Shown piece by piece: positions 38,546-51,640 of a DNA stretch of 64,000 bases. Source of the stretch: Mobula hypostoma. Its lineage: Eukaryota. The stretch's first letter is position 1. The number at the start of each line of letters is the position of its first letter. Both the position numbers and the translations under genes were made by a program. The DNA lies in contig NC_086097.1 in assembly GCF_963921235.1 (NCBI RefSeq), positions 78,432,001-78,496,000 on the forward strand, read 5' to 3'. Below the pieces are notes generated by a model that worked only from the letters and a program-made list of their open reading frames with translations, had not been told where the DNA came from and made no database searches.

Positions 38546-39060
38546 TAACCAGTTCAGTATTTTAATCTGACTCACAAGTCACTCTGATCTGGATAAATAA
38601 CATAACCCTTAATTAAACTACTGTTGGTGAATCATCAGCATAATGACCAAAGTAGTTCAAAAAGTGGGCCCAATGCAAATATGGATAGCCAAAAAATGGG
38701 CAATAAGATATGATCTTGTTACATCCTCACATTAAAAGAGCAAATAATTTTAAAAGGAGTAAAATAACTTTACAATACACGATTAGCTTTTGAGTACTAC
38801 AATCTAAAAGTTAAATGTGCTCCTATAACATAAAATAAACAAAAATATCCCGAGTGGGTTTTGTAATATCAGGTACAGTATGGTTTATTTATACATGTTT
38901 CTCTTTTGGGAATGTAATGGTTCACTTATATAACAGCACTAGGAATGCGGTCGTACAATTTGTAAATCAAGGATTTAAATAATTTTAGCTTCTCATTGCA
39001 TTCAACCTTCAAGATATTCAAGAAACGGTGCTCCAAAACAAAAGTGTGCTTAAAAAATTT

Positions 39061-39425
39061 ATAAGACCATAAGACCATAAGACAAAGGAGCAGAAGTCGG
39101 CCATTCAGCCCATTGAGTCTGCTCCGCTATTTTATCATGAGCTGATCCATTCTCCCATTTAGTTCCACTCCCCCACCTTCTCACCATAACCTTTGATGCC
39201 CTGGCTACTCAGATACCTATCAACCTCTGCCTTAAATACACCCAATGACTTGGCCTCCACTGCTGCCCGTGGCAACAAATTCCATAGATTCACCACCCTC
39301 TGACTAAAAAAATTTCTTCGCATTTCTGTTCTGAATGGGTGCCCTTCAGTCCTTAAGTCATGCCTTCTCGTACTAGACTCCCCCATCATGGGAAACAACT
39401 TTGCCACATCCACTCTGTCCATGCC
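39061..39425 (-). mobile_element. CR1 3' end with (ATAAGACC)n tail
   Basis: ORF 39159..39422 contains RRNFFSQRVVNLWNLLP. 8-bp terminal repeat. Confidence 0.9.
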
Positions 39426-41733
39426 TTATAAAGGACAATCAAATGCACAACAGGTTAAAAGATCTTGATTGGAAAAACTTTTACAAGGGCCAATGGCAAT
39501 ATATTGGCAGCTTGGCAGATGAATGTAATCCATCCACAGAGATTGTAACTACAGTTAGAGGAGTTGGATATCTACATCTTGTCCTCAGATGTATCCCTAT
39601 CATAGAAAATGTGTTCCTGCAGCTAGAGTAATTCCAAGCAACTTACTGAAATAAAATAAACAATGTTATTATTTTTCTTTCAGGCAATAATAATGAAATA
39701 TTGACAAAATCATTAACACACTTCTTCCTTCCAAAAGTAGGCAAGTTTCAGAGATGCACTCAATGTATCATTAGGAGTGCTTTGTGATGCCAACAAACCA
39801 GCAGTTCTATTACATTCTGGACTTCTGACGAGTTTATATAAAACTGGCATCTGGTGGGATGACTTGCAAGTTTGATCTGCATAAGAGCTGCCATGTCCAG
39901 TTCCTCACACTCACAGACTCATGCTTGACCAAAAAAAAAATGGAGATGGTCTACTAGAGGAGGCTGGAACAGTGGACCTAGTGTTTAGCTAATTGTACTG
40001 TTTTGGTACTACTTTCAAAGCAGCTCAGTGACAGAACGTCATGGTTTCTGTGGCACCATACTGATAAGCAGAAAAAAAATAGGGCAACCTACAGCTTCAA
40101 CATCCCGAGTAATTCCTTCTCCACATCCATCTTCTGTAGATTTCACTAAATATGATTTTAGTGCTAAAAGACTTTTTATATGTTTTAATGTTTCGATGAT
40201 TGCACAATCTACTTACTTTAACAGTTACAGATATAACTGCCTGACAAATATACTTTCCATCTGTGACTAATATTGTATTTGATATCACTAAACAGTTCTG
40301 GTTTTAGTGGTTTTGAAAGTATGGTCTGGTATATTTTCATGTGTTTGTACTTGATTTGTCAGTCCTATGCTTTCAGTGTTTATTGTGATATCCCATTAGA
40401 ATTTTATATAGATTTATGACTTCCTTCAACAAACTGTTAACGCAGTCTGCACAGACATTCCATTTTACTGAGGAAAGCAGCAGTATCCACATTCCTCAAA
40501 ACCAAAATTGCCAAGGTGTCCTTCATTACAGGGGTAAAAATTAGGGTTGCCGTGGTTCTGATTCTGATCTTCCTGGGTGGGCGGGGTGGGGGGCGCGCAA
40601 GCACTAGGGGGATAGAATCACAAATTTTACCTACCTCTTCCTTTAAATAGGGTGAGAAGCATAAACTTGGCAATAATATGCTACACATTCTAACAAGAAC
40701 AGTGGATTAATTTATGAAGACAATTCTGAAGATAACATGCAGTTTGAAAATGTACGTCTAATAAATAAATAATTCAAGACATGTTAAATGAAAATCATAT
40801 AAAAGTTTCTAACTTTTTTTTGGATGACAGGCATTAAGTTAACCAACCTTTGGTTTCCTGCTTTCTGTATCATTCCTCTTTAGGATATTGCAATTATATT
40901 TGATCATTTGCAAACCCTCCTGAATCTAACAAACTTTGGAAAATTAATATCATTGTAGAAACCTCCTCTCTAGCTGTGTCTTTACAAACCCTAAAACAAA
41001 GGCTATCAGGACCTAAAGATTCAACAATCACAGCTCCAAAAATTTTCTCAGTGCTGTTACCCTCTGACTGTAATTTATCTGTCTCTCTCCCTCCCTCACT
41101 CACTCCTAATTCTAGCATTTCTGGAACGTTACTTGTTTTCCAATAGTGAAGACTGCTGCTAAATGCTCAGTTAATTCATCTGTCAACTCTGTGCTCTGCG
41201 TTATTAATTGCCCAGACTCGCTTTCTATTGGATCAATACCTCTAATGTTCATTTTCATTTTAAGTGTCAATAGAAACCTTGCTAATCTGTTATATCTTTG
41301 GTGAAGTTATCCTGTAGTCCAGTTTTCCCTTCCTTGTTAACATTTTAAATTAAATACAAGATGTTTTTGATTTTTGAACGGACTGCGTTCTTCCAATGAT
41401 GTGAAAAAAGTGATCACTTCTCTAAGTTATTATCTCATGGGAGGAACACAGCAAGAGTGAGAAGGACTGGGTGAATTGGAGCTTAGGACTTAGAAGCCTC
41501 CAGGTCCAGGTCCAGCTATCTTACTTACTCATTCTAGTGATACAACCAGATCATTATTTCTTGCAACACAGCAATTAAAGACTTCAAATTTAAGAGCTTC
41601 TTAACAGCAACCACAAGGGACACACACAAAATGCTGGAGGAACTCAGGCAGCATCTATGCAGGGGAATTAGCAGTCAACATTTCAGGTAATCAAATAACC
41701 ATGGGGAAAGAAACACCTTTTACAAGTCAGCTA

Positions 41734-43068
41734 CACCCTATTCTCGTTATATGTGTCTTCAGACTATGCGGATTCACAGTTATGCGAGGAACCTATTTCT
41801 ACCAACGTCTCGTTATACGCGTCCAAAATTCACAGTTATACGAGGAGCACTGCCTTCCCGCTAATACAAGTCACGTGCGCACGCCTCACAGTCTCACTGT
41901 TGGGATGAGAAGCACCGCTTTCCTGCCAATACAAGTCAGGTGCGCGCGCCTCACAATCTCTCTCCCGCCACTCTCGCATTGGTTTTGGCAAGGTGTGGAT
42001 GCGCAATCTTAAACTTTTGTTGGTTTTACCTACGGTGCAGTGATTTTGTGCTTGATATATTTAACTATGCCTCCTAAGCATCCGATATCATGTCTTGGGC
42101 CGTCAGCCGAGCGGCAGAGAACTGCTTTAACACTTGAAAAAAGTTGGAAATTATAAACAGCGCGGCATCAGCTGAAGGTAACACAGCTCTGGGATGCTAC
42201 TGCCAAGAACAGAATCTTGCCTTTAAATTTCTTTTGTTGCTTGACAATGCACCAGCCCATCCTAAACATTTGGACAGCATTCATCCTAACATAACAGTGT
42301 GTTTCCCGCCGCCTAACACAACATCGCTGATTCAACCACTCGACCGGTGTGATCCACATTCAAGGCGTACATATTTTTTTTACTGTGAACTATCTCTCAG
42401 ATGCTGCAAGCAACAGACGATTTTGAAAATCCCGGGAGTTTACCAACTGTGAGGGATTGGTGGAAGTCAGAACAATTGGCACAAATGGCGATGGACATGG
42501 ACCCAAGTTTAGAACGGAGTCAGCTTTTCAGTCGTTCCCTGCCGTCAACCCTTCTTCCCTACAAGCAGATTTATGCTGAAAAACAAAATGCTGCCAAGCA
42601 AACAACCTTCACCACTTTATGCAAATCACTGTAATCTTCTGCTGCCGGCAGTTCTAAGAGTTCTGTGAGTCTTCCTTCACCCCTTGCTGTCCTTGATATT
42701 ATCATGATGACCACAACCATCCACCTTATCCGTGTAAAGCTGCCCGACACCACAACCACTCATCTCCCAGAGCGAACACACCTGCCACTGTTGGTGAGTA
42801 CTGTACACCAGATGATGTTAACTTTCTATGATTTATTACATTGAATATTATCTTAAATTGATTAAATATAATACAAATGTTGTCTTGTAGTACTGCTTTG
42901 TGTCGTATTGGTATAAAAATATGAATAAGTTACAGATAAAACATATTTAGGAAGCCCTCTGGAATGCATCCCTATTTTCTCCATTTAAATAATTATTCAC
43001 GTTATGCGATTTCACATTATGCGTCAACTTCAAGGAACGTATCCCTCGCATATAACGAGGATAGGGTG
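41734..43068 (+). mobile_element. Internally deleted Tigger/pogo DNA transposon
   Basis: TA TSDs (41732-41733, 43069-43070) and TIR CACCCTAT(T/C)CTCGTTATATG. N-terminal MPPK...RTALTLEK/LEII from ATG 42067. DDE motifs LLLLDNAPAHP and PPNTTSLIQPLD. Confidence 0.92.
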
Positions 43069-43107
43069 TACTAGGTGAAAGTCTGCCTTCAAGTTCTTCC
43101 TGAAGAA

Positions 43108-43109
<2 letters not shown>

Positions 43110-43152
<43 letters not shown>

Positions 43153-43153
43153 C
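43110..43153. repeat. (TG)n microsatellite
   Basis: Visible dinucleotide run. Confidence 0.95.
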
Positions 43154-43850
43154 GTATTTTCTTTGTTATTAAAAGAAATCTTTCCAATACTGCCTTTCCT
43201 TCAAATTATGGTAGATGCATTGAAACATAACTTCATTGCAGTATTAAGGAATGCAAGCAGAAGCTTGGGAAATAGAAGGTGAACTGCAAAGCATCAGAAG
43301 TACATGTAACTCTAACAAGGTGCAAAATCATTCAAATTCCTTTCTCTGTATTTCTCTGACTTGTTGTCTCTTTCTCTCATAATATCCTCCTTACATCTGA
43401 CCTTCAAAACCAAATTTTTGGTCAAATACAGCAATGCCTCTTTTGACTGTAATTGGTAAGATTTTGCCAGGTAATATTCATATTTATCACCTAGGTGTTT
43501 CTTACCATTTTTGAGGAAATTACATCAATGCCAATTGCAACTGATGCTTTGTAGAGTTTGACAGAAAAAAAGGTTGCTTGGATGCAGGACCTGTACTGGA
43601 CTTGAAGTCATAGAGTCACAAAAGCAGGTCCTTTGGCACCACAAGTACAGCCAACCAGCAAACTCCCATTTTACACTAGTATTCCACTAGAGATTTATAA
43701 GAGTGTTGCCAAGACTCAAGAGAGGATGAGCAGGCTAAGACTTTATTCCCTGTATCATAGGAGACAGAAGGGTAATCTTATAGAGATGCATAAAATCACA
43801 AGGAGCTGAGAAAGGGTGAAGTGCACAGTCTTTTTCCACAGAGAAGAAAT

Positions 43851-45701
43851 CATCACCATCATCATCAGGTTCCATGCCCAGTTTGAGCTTTGACTGCCAT
43901 GGCCCACACACTCCTGTTTTGGGTCAAGTGGATCAGTTCACTGGTATTCATTTCCAGTTCTCTGGCTGCTGTCTCCATCATCATTTGTCTTTGTCTTCCT
44001 CTTGCTTTCCCCCCTTCAATCTTTCCCGTATTATCATGCATTCTAACTCCTCTTTCCTAATTACATGTCCAATGAAGTTACGTTACTTTTTCATGATCTC
44101 ATACATTATTTCTCTTTTTGTGTTTGCTTGTTCATGACATCCTCGTTAGATATTCGTTTCGTCCATGATATTCTTTGCATCCTCCTCAAAAACCACATCT
44201 CTGCTGCTACAATTCATTTCCTCATGATACTAGATATTGTCCAACATTCTGAGCCATATAACATAACTGGATAAATGTAACATTTCAGTACTCTGAGGCG
44301 GGTTGTCCTGCCTAGTTTAGTCAACCAACACACATCAAAGTTGCTGGTGAACACAGCAGGCCAGGCAGCATCTCTAGGAAGAGGTACAGTCGACGTTTCA
44401 GGCCGAGACCGTTCATCAGGACTAACTGAAGGAAGAGCTAGTAAGAGATTTGAAAGTGGGAGGGGGAGGGGGAGATCCAAAATGATAGGAGAAGACAGGA
44501 GGGGGAGGGATGGAGCCAAGAGCTGGACAGGTGATTGGCAAGAGGGATATGAGAGGATCATAGGACAGGAGGCCCAGGGAGAAGGAAAAGGGGGAGGGGG
44601 GGAAAACCCAGAGGATGGGCAAGGGGTATAGTCAGAGGGACAGAGGGAGAAAAAGGAGAGAATGAGAAATAATGTGTGTATATAAATAAATAACGGATGG
44701 GGTACGAGGGGGAGGTGGGGCATTAGCGGAAGTTAGAGGTCAATGTTCGTGCCATCAGGTTGGAGGCTACCCAGACGGAATATAAGGTGTTGTTCCTCCA
44801 ACCTGAGTGTGGCTTCATCTTTACAGCAGAGGAGGCCGTGGATAGGCGTATCAGAATAGGAATGGGATGTGGAATTAAAATGTGTGGCCACTGGGAGATC
44901 CTGCTTTCTCTGGCGGACAGAGCGTAGGTGTTCAGCAAAGCGGTCTCCCAGTCTGCGTCGGGTCTCGCCAATATAAAGAAGGCCACATCGGGAGCACCAG
45001 ACGCAGTATATCACCCTAGCCGACTCACAGGTGAAGTGTCGCCTCACCTGGAAGGACTGTCTGGGGCCCTGAATGGTGGTAAGGGAGGAAGTGTAAGGGC
45101 ATGTGTAGCACTTGTTCCGCTTACAAGGGTAAGTGCCAGGAGGGAGATCAGTGGGAGGGATGGGGGGAACGAATGGACAAGGGAGTCACGTAGGGAGCGA
45201 TCCCTGCGGAAAGCAGGGGGGGAGGGAAAGATATGCTTAGTGGTGGGATCCCATTGGAGGTGGTGGAAGTTACGGAGAATAATATGTTGAACTCGGAGGC
45301 TAGTGGGGTTGTAGGTGAGGACCAGGGGAGCCCTATTCCTAGTGGGGTGGTGGGAGGATGGAGTGAGAGCAAATGTGCATGAAATTGGGGAGATGCGTTT
45401 GAGATGCCTGGTTTAGTATTGGTCGGTATACTCGTAAAGGTGTCTTTTGCCATCCCTATTCTTCTTTTGATGTCCATGTCGCACCTGCCATCTGATGTCA
45501 CCCAGCTTCCTAAGTAACAAAAGTTCTGTACTTGTTTTATGTCTTCTCCATTTATTCTCAGCCTGCAGATAGGATTCTCCTTCTTTTTGGATATCACCAT
45601 ACATTCTGTCTTTTTGCAATTTGTAGATAGACCCATTTTTGCACTTTCTTCAACAATTATATCATTTAAGTTTTGTAGTTCTTCCTCCGTACTTGCAATT
45701 G
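43851..45701 (-). mobile_element. 5'-truncated RTE LINE
   Basis: GLSTNCKKTECMVI..IKQVQNFCYLGS..DIKRRIGMAK, continuing after the PLE as LRVLKCYIYPVMLYGSECWT. (CAT)n tail at 43851. TSD GAGAAGAAAT at 43841-43850 and 45702-45711. Confidence 0.9.
44322..45404 (-). mobile_element. Neptune-type Penelope-like element, 5'-truncated, with GIY-YIG endonuclease
   Basis: ORF 44733..45047 contains VIYCVWCSRCGLLYIGETRRRLGDRFAEH, preceded in frame by the Cys linker PCKRNKCYTCP. pLTR with hammerhead at 44388-44423. TSD TGCCT(A/G)GTTTAGT at 44309-44321 and 45405-45417. Confidence 0.93.
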
Positions 45702-47164
45702 GAGAAGAAATAAAGAACTAGAAAGCATAGTTTTAAGTGGGAGGGAAGAAATTTAAAGGGACCCAAAGGGGAACATTTTCATCCAAAGGGTGATGTGTAT
45801 GCTGAACAAGTTGCCAGAGGATGTGTCTGAGGAAGGTACAATTATAACACTTAAAGGGTACTTGGACAGGCATATGACAGGAAAGATTTAGAGGAACATT
45901 CGGCCAAACACAGGCAAATGAGACTAGTTTAGATGGGCATCTTGGTTACCATGAATGAGTTGGGTAGAAGGGTCTGTTTCTTTGTTGTTTTATTCTATCA
46001 CTCTACACTGCAAGTCTAAACTAATAACAGAAAATACTGGAAGCATTCAGCAAGTCAGGCAGCATCTGTAGAGAAACTGAGTCAGTGTTTCAAGTAGGTG
46101 CAATTTCTTCAAGTTGCAACATTAATTCCGTTTTATTCTTTTCACAGATGCTACCCAACATGCTGAGTGTTTTCTTCTTTTTTATTATTTGGTAAAACAA
46201 GTAGGACCTTAAATCTCCACTAATAAGCCCACAGTTCCCCATGGCATTGACGGATGTTAGCTCCGTACAGAGATCCCGCCCTCCTGTTTAATTTTCACGT
46301 ACGTAATTGAAGGCTCAGATGGCACTCCTTATCCCCTAAATGTGAATAAAAAGCCACACTCTGACCTCCAGCTCTTTGTGGAACATTGTAACTTTTTGCC
46401 ACACGCTCTTAACATGAAGTTGAAAATCACTACAGTCTGAACTTCTGATCACTCAAAACTGCAATGGTTGCTGACATATGCATACTCTCAGAATGCAGCT
46501 TAACTCAACAGTAGGGAGGTCACTGATTTTCTCCATAAAAAGTGATATTATCTCATTTACTTTGAGGAGGGTTATCAGGCTGAGTGACATGTCCAATTAT
46601 GAGAGCAACAGCATTCTGAACACTCATTGAGTAAAAGGTGATAGGCAATGCTAGGTGAGGGAGAAGGTAGGTGGTGGGAACAGGGGATTAATTAGAATGA
46701 AGACTTTCCCCCCCAAAAAAGCAGACCACATAGCTTAAATTACCTTTTTAATTGTCAGTGGCCCCACTAAATCACTAGGCAAGAAAAGTTGCACTCAAGG
46801 CTCTTGCTGTGGCTGGCGTAAACCTATGAAGCCAAATATGAAGTGCCCCACAACATCATGGCTCATCTCCATACATTACATAATACCTCTTCATTTAGGG
46901 CAAAGAGGAAGGCAAATGCACCCACATCTGATCTCTAGAACAAGTATGCCGGTCTATATTGCATTCACACACACCCTTTAACTTGCTGACATTTCACTTA
47001 TCAGGCCACCTTCATTATCTGGCCCATCAGTTACCCTCATACCTACCTCTTTGAAAAAGTCTTCATTCATTTCTCTCGTGTAGATGAAAACCAAATGTTT
47101 TTGGGATGTCTTATTATATTAAACAGGCTAAGATGTTGTTATGTTGTTGTTGATTTTTGAAGGT

Positions 47165-47927
47165 GGAGAATAACATAATAATAGTGGAACAGGTCAAAAG
47201 CTTTAAGTTCCTCAGGGTCAATATCACAAATGACCTGACTTGGTCCAACCAAGCAGAGTTCACTGCCAAGAAGGCCTACCAGCGCCTTTACTTCCTGAGA
47301 AAACTAAAGAAACTTGGCCTATCCCCTAAAACCCTCACTAATTTTTATAGATGCACCATAGAAAGCATTCTTCTAGGGTGCATCAAAACCTGATATGGAA
47401 GTCATCCTGTCCAAAACCGAAAGAAGCTGCAGAAGATTGTGAACACGACGCAGCACATCACAGAAACCAATCTTCCGTCTGTGGACTCACTTTACACCGC
47501 ACGCTGTCGGAGCAGTGCTGCCAGGATAATCAAGGACACGACCCACCCAGCCAACACGCTTTTCAGCCCTCTTCCCTCCGGGAGAAGGCTCAGGAGCTTG
47601 AAGACTTGTACGGCCAGATTTGGGAACAGCTTCTTTCCAACTGTGATAAGACTGCTGAATGGATCCTGACCCGGATCTGGACCGTACCCTCCAAATATCC
47701 GGACCTGCCTCTCAGTTTTTTTGCACTACCTTACTTCCCATTTTTCTATTTTCTATTTATGATTTATAACTTAAATTTTTTTAATATTTACTAATTGTAA
47801 CTATTTTTAATATTTTTAATATTTAATATTTGTAATCCAGGGAGTGTGAAGCGCAGCAGCAAATATCACTGTGATGATTGTACGTTCTAGTACCAATTGT
47901 TTGGCGACAATAAAGTATGAAGTATAA
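47165..47927 (+). mobile_element. Rex1/Babar LINE 3' fragment
   Basis: VEQVKSFKFL.VNITNDLTW..KKAYQRLYFLRKL..FYRCTIESIL and IIKDTTHP..LPSGRR..NSFFP. Confidence 0.9.
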
Positions 47928-49335
47928 CTCTTTAAATATAACCCAAGGATACATTAACAATATTCCACTGGACCAGTATCTGAGTTATGGCAGGCAACCA
48001 AAACTGATCACTGGAGATGTACTGCATTCTTAAATTACTATTGGGAAAGCAACTAAACACTGTTGTCATTTAAAAAGCTCCCTCTGTTATATTTCAGATT
48101 ACCAAAATTGGCCTTTGTACATTCTAATGTAAACTCCTACCTTATTTAATAAACTGGCTGTGATTACAAAACTGAAGGCAAATGCTGTACTTAAAGAGCT
48201 CCAGTATTTTGATTCCATTATTGCATGTTCAAGGAAAAAAATCCACTTGGCACTGTGATTCCATAAAGCTACTCAGCAGACAACTTGAGAAATTGCATAT
48301 TTATCTGGTTAACATACTGTGCGTGTTGAACTTAATGACTCCAAGTGGAGGCACTCATGCTCCCAGACTTTGTGGCACCCAGAGTCTGGGCTGTGTGTCC
48401 ACCATTTTTCAATGCTCTATTAGAAACTTTGAAAACTACAAGTCCAGAGAAATCAAACATATTTCAGATGATTGATCAGAAAGTATCAACATCAACATTC
48501 CCAACAGCTTCTGCCTTTTCATCGTTTACTTTAATAAAAAATACAGTTAACTCTTGAATTTAATAATTTGATCATATTGCACTGTCTTCTGGATAGTCTG
48601 CTCCAAAAGAACAGCACCTACTGTGAGAAGTATTTGAATATAAAACAACTACTAAATGCACTTCTGTACTTGAGTTTGTGCTACTGTTATAAGACCTCTC
48701 CTGGAAACAACTTCTCCAATAAGTGAATTTCCTTAGAATTTCTTTCAATCTTTTCACTGAGGTACTTTGCTGCATTTTATTTACTTTTTAAAAATATTTC
48801 TTATCTTTTAATAACACCCTCAGATACCTGCAGCAGTTTAACAAATCAATGTACAAAAGCATGCATCTTTGAAATGGAAAAAGGCCATACAATTTAAAAG
48901 GTTCTTACAAACTGAAAAATCTGTTCTAATAAACTATGTTGAAAAACTTCCTTCATGTAACTTGAGCTTAGCTATGACTGGGATATAAGTCAGCGGAGAG
49001 ACTGGAGAAGTTGTAGATATGAACGCCTTTACTTACAACAAAAAACAGACATTCTCTTGGAGATGTTATTGGTAGGAGTCCCATAAATTCAAAGTGCATC
49101 ACATTCTTCTAATCTTAACGTCAAAGGTAACAAGGTGATTCAATACAATTTCAATAGTTACAATGAAATTGTTTACTTTAATACTTTAGGTCGACAATAT
49201 TTCCTTTGATTTACATATATACAGTGGGAGACACCTTTGAATGTTCAAATACTTTGTGGGACCGACCAATTTGTTTACACAATGTTCACAATGTAACAAT
49301 GGTGCAAATTGCTTAAACCCGTCGCTGATGTAGGG

Positions 49336-49893
49336 CAATTGAATTGAATTGAATTGAATTGACTTTATTACTTACACTCTTCATATACATGACGAGTAAA
49401 AATCTTTACATTATGTCTCCATCTAAATGTGCAATGTGCAATTATAGTAATTTATAATAAATATTATGTACAACAGGATTATCAATGTAACACAGGAATA
49501 CAGTTGCATCAGCATGAATTAAGCAGTCTGATGGCCTGGTGAAAGAAGCTGTCCCGGAGCCTGTTGGTCCTGGCTTTTATGCTGCAGTACTATTTCCCGG
49601 ATTGTAGCAGCTGGAACAGTTTGTAGTTGGGGTGACTCAGATCTCCAATGATCCTTTGGGCCCTTTTTACATGCCTGTCTTTGTAAATGTCCTGACTAGT
49701 GGGAAGTTCACATCTATAGATGCGCTGGGCTGTCTGCACCACTCTCTGCAGAGTCCTGTGATTGAGGGAAGTAGAATTCCCATACTAGGTAGTGGTGCAG
49801 CCTGTAAAGATGCTCTTAATCGTGACCCTATAGAAAGCTCTTAGAATTTGGGGGGGCCATACCAAACTTCTTCAACCATCTGAGGTGAAAGAG
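49336..49893 (-). mobile_element. Rex1/Babar LINE 3' fragment with (AATTG)n tail
   Basis: Microsatellite tail. The minus strand shows DSFFHQAIRL-type coding remnants. GGCAATTGA occurs at both ends. Confidence 0.8.
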
Positions 49894-50799
49894 GCAATTG
49901 ACAAAACTTCATTGTCCTAACATTTGGCTGATGCATATGCAAACGTGATACATGGTCATCATTTTGTAAACCATATCTCTTAGTCCATACTACACACACA
50001 GTATTGTTTATTTGCAAATATGTGCTTTAATTTCAATTTATTGCTTGCAGTTTACAATTTACATTAGAACTGAAGACTGGTTTTAGCTTGAATTAATATC
50101 TACTATATTCACTTAACTACAGAATACTTCTAAACAGGTTCATAAGTATTTAAATCTTCCTGAGATTGTAAAAAGTATTGGTGAGTACAGATCTGGAATA
50201 TTATATTTAGTACTGGAACCAAAGAAAGATGTGCTGTCCATTAGGATAATAAAGTACAAATTCTTAGGATGGATTTTTAGGATCAGTGACTTACCCTATA
50301 AAGTGAAATTTAGAAAGATCAGTCCATACATTCCAAAGTTTAGAAGAGTGAGAGGGGATCGCACAAGGATATAACATGACTATATGTAAAAAACAAGCCA
50401 AATGCCAGGAGATCTTCTCCAGCTAATGAAATCATCCTGCTTCTATTTCTTATAATGTTGATCAATTTTATAGTATGCAATAACATATTACATATTTGGC
50501 ACTTCAATGTAATTTAATAAGTACTCTGAAGATAATAGGATCTGGGGGTTAATAGATTGGAATACTTTTCATTGCATCACACTGGAACATAGGTACATAA
50601 TCAAAGAAAATTACTTCCCACATTGATTTGCTCTACATAGAATATTAACCAACACTGGCATGTATAGAAGTGGTGAACATTAATTTAGCCTTGACTTGCT
50701 GACTACACACCATATTCAATAGGGATTGGCAACAAATAAAAACAAGAAAGAGTACTGAAAGGAAATAGAGTGCCTAAATTCATGATTCCAAGATAGCAA

Positions 50800-51640
50800 C
50801 CTCTCCCTCAATATCAGCTAAACAAAAAAGCTGGTCATTGTCTTCAGGAAGTAGGCCAAAGTACGTGCTGCTTTATGATATCGATGGTGATGAGGTGGGC
50901 ACAGTTGAGAGCCTCAAGTTCCTAGGTGTAAACATTACGAATAGTTTGTCTTAATCCAACCTCATAGACACTATGCCCAAGGAAGCAGACCAACACAACA
51001 ACTTGCTCAGAAAGCTAAGGAAATTTGGCATGTCCCTGATGAATCTCACTAAACTTTACAGATACACCATAGAAAGCATGCTGTTTGGATGCATCACAGC
51101 TTGGTATAGCAACTACTCTCCTCAAAACAGAGTGATAAATTGCAGAGTTCTGAGCATTACTCAGTCTATTATGAAAACCATCCTTCCTTTCATTGCCTCT
51201 GTCTACACTTTCTGCTGCCTTGGGAAAGCAGCCAACATATTCAAGAACCCCTCCCACACACCAGTCATTCTCTCTTCCCCTCTCCCAATGGACAGAAAAA
51301 AAATCAAAAGCTAGAAAGCACAACAGTAACAGACTCAGTAAAGTAAAGCACAAGAGTAACAGACTCAGTAACAGCTTCCATCCCACTGTTACCAGACTCT
51401 TGCACAGACATTTTATACGATAAAGATGAGCTCTTGATCTCTCAGTCTACCTCATCATTGCCCTTGTACTTCATCTGACTACCTGCACTGCACTCTTTCT
51501 AAGTGTAACAACTGTAGTCTGCACTTTTACCATTTACACTACCTTGATGTACTTACGTATGGCATGATCAGTCTGGATGACACTCAGACAGAAGTTTTTC
51601 ACTGTATTTCAGTACATGTGACAATAATAAACCATTCACC
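50800..51640 (+). mobile_element. Older Rex1/Babar LINE 3' fragment
   Basis: ORF 50973..51314 contains LRKLRKFGMS..LYRYTIESML.GCITAWY. Confidence 0.8.

Larger units (their letters stand above)
43690..45990 (+). mobile_element. Old CR1 3' end, split by RTE and PLE insertions
   Basis: CR1-type 3' sequence at about 43690-43850 resumes at about 45712-45990. Confidence 0.65.

Noticed and set aside
40092..40162. Possible minus-strand exon (LKSYLVKSTEDGCGEGITRDVEA)
   Set aside because: The acceptor is plausible but the donor is weak, the phase does not join the 19779 exon, and no homology was recognised.
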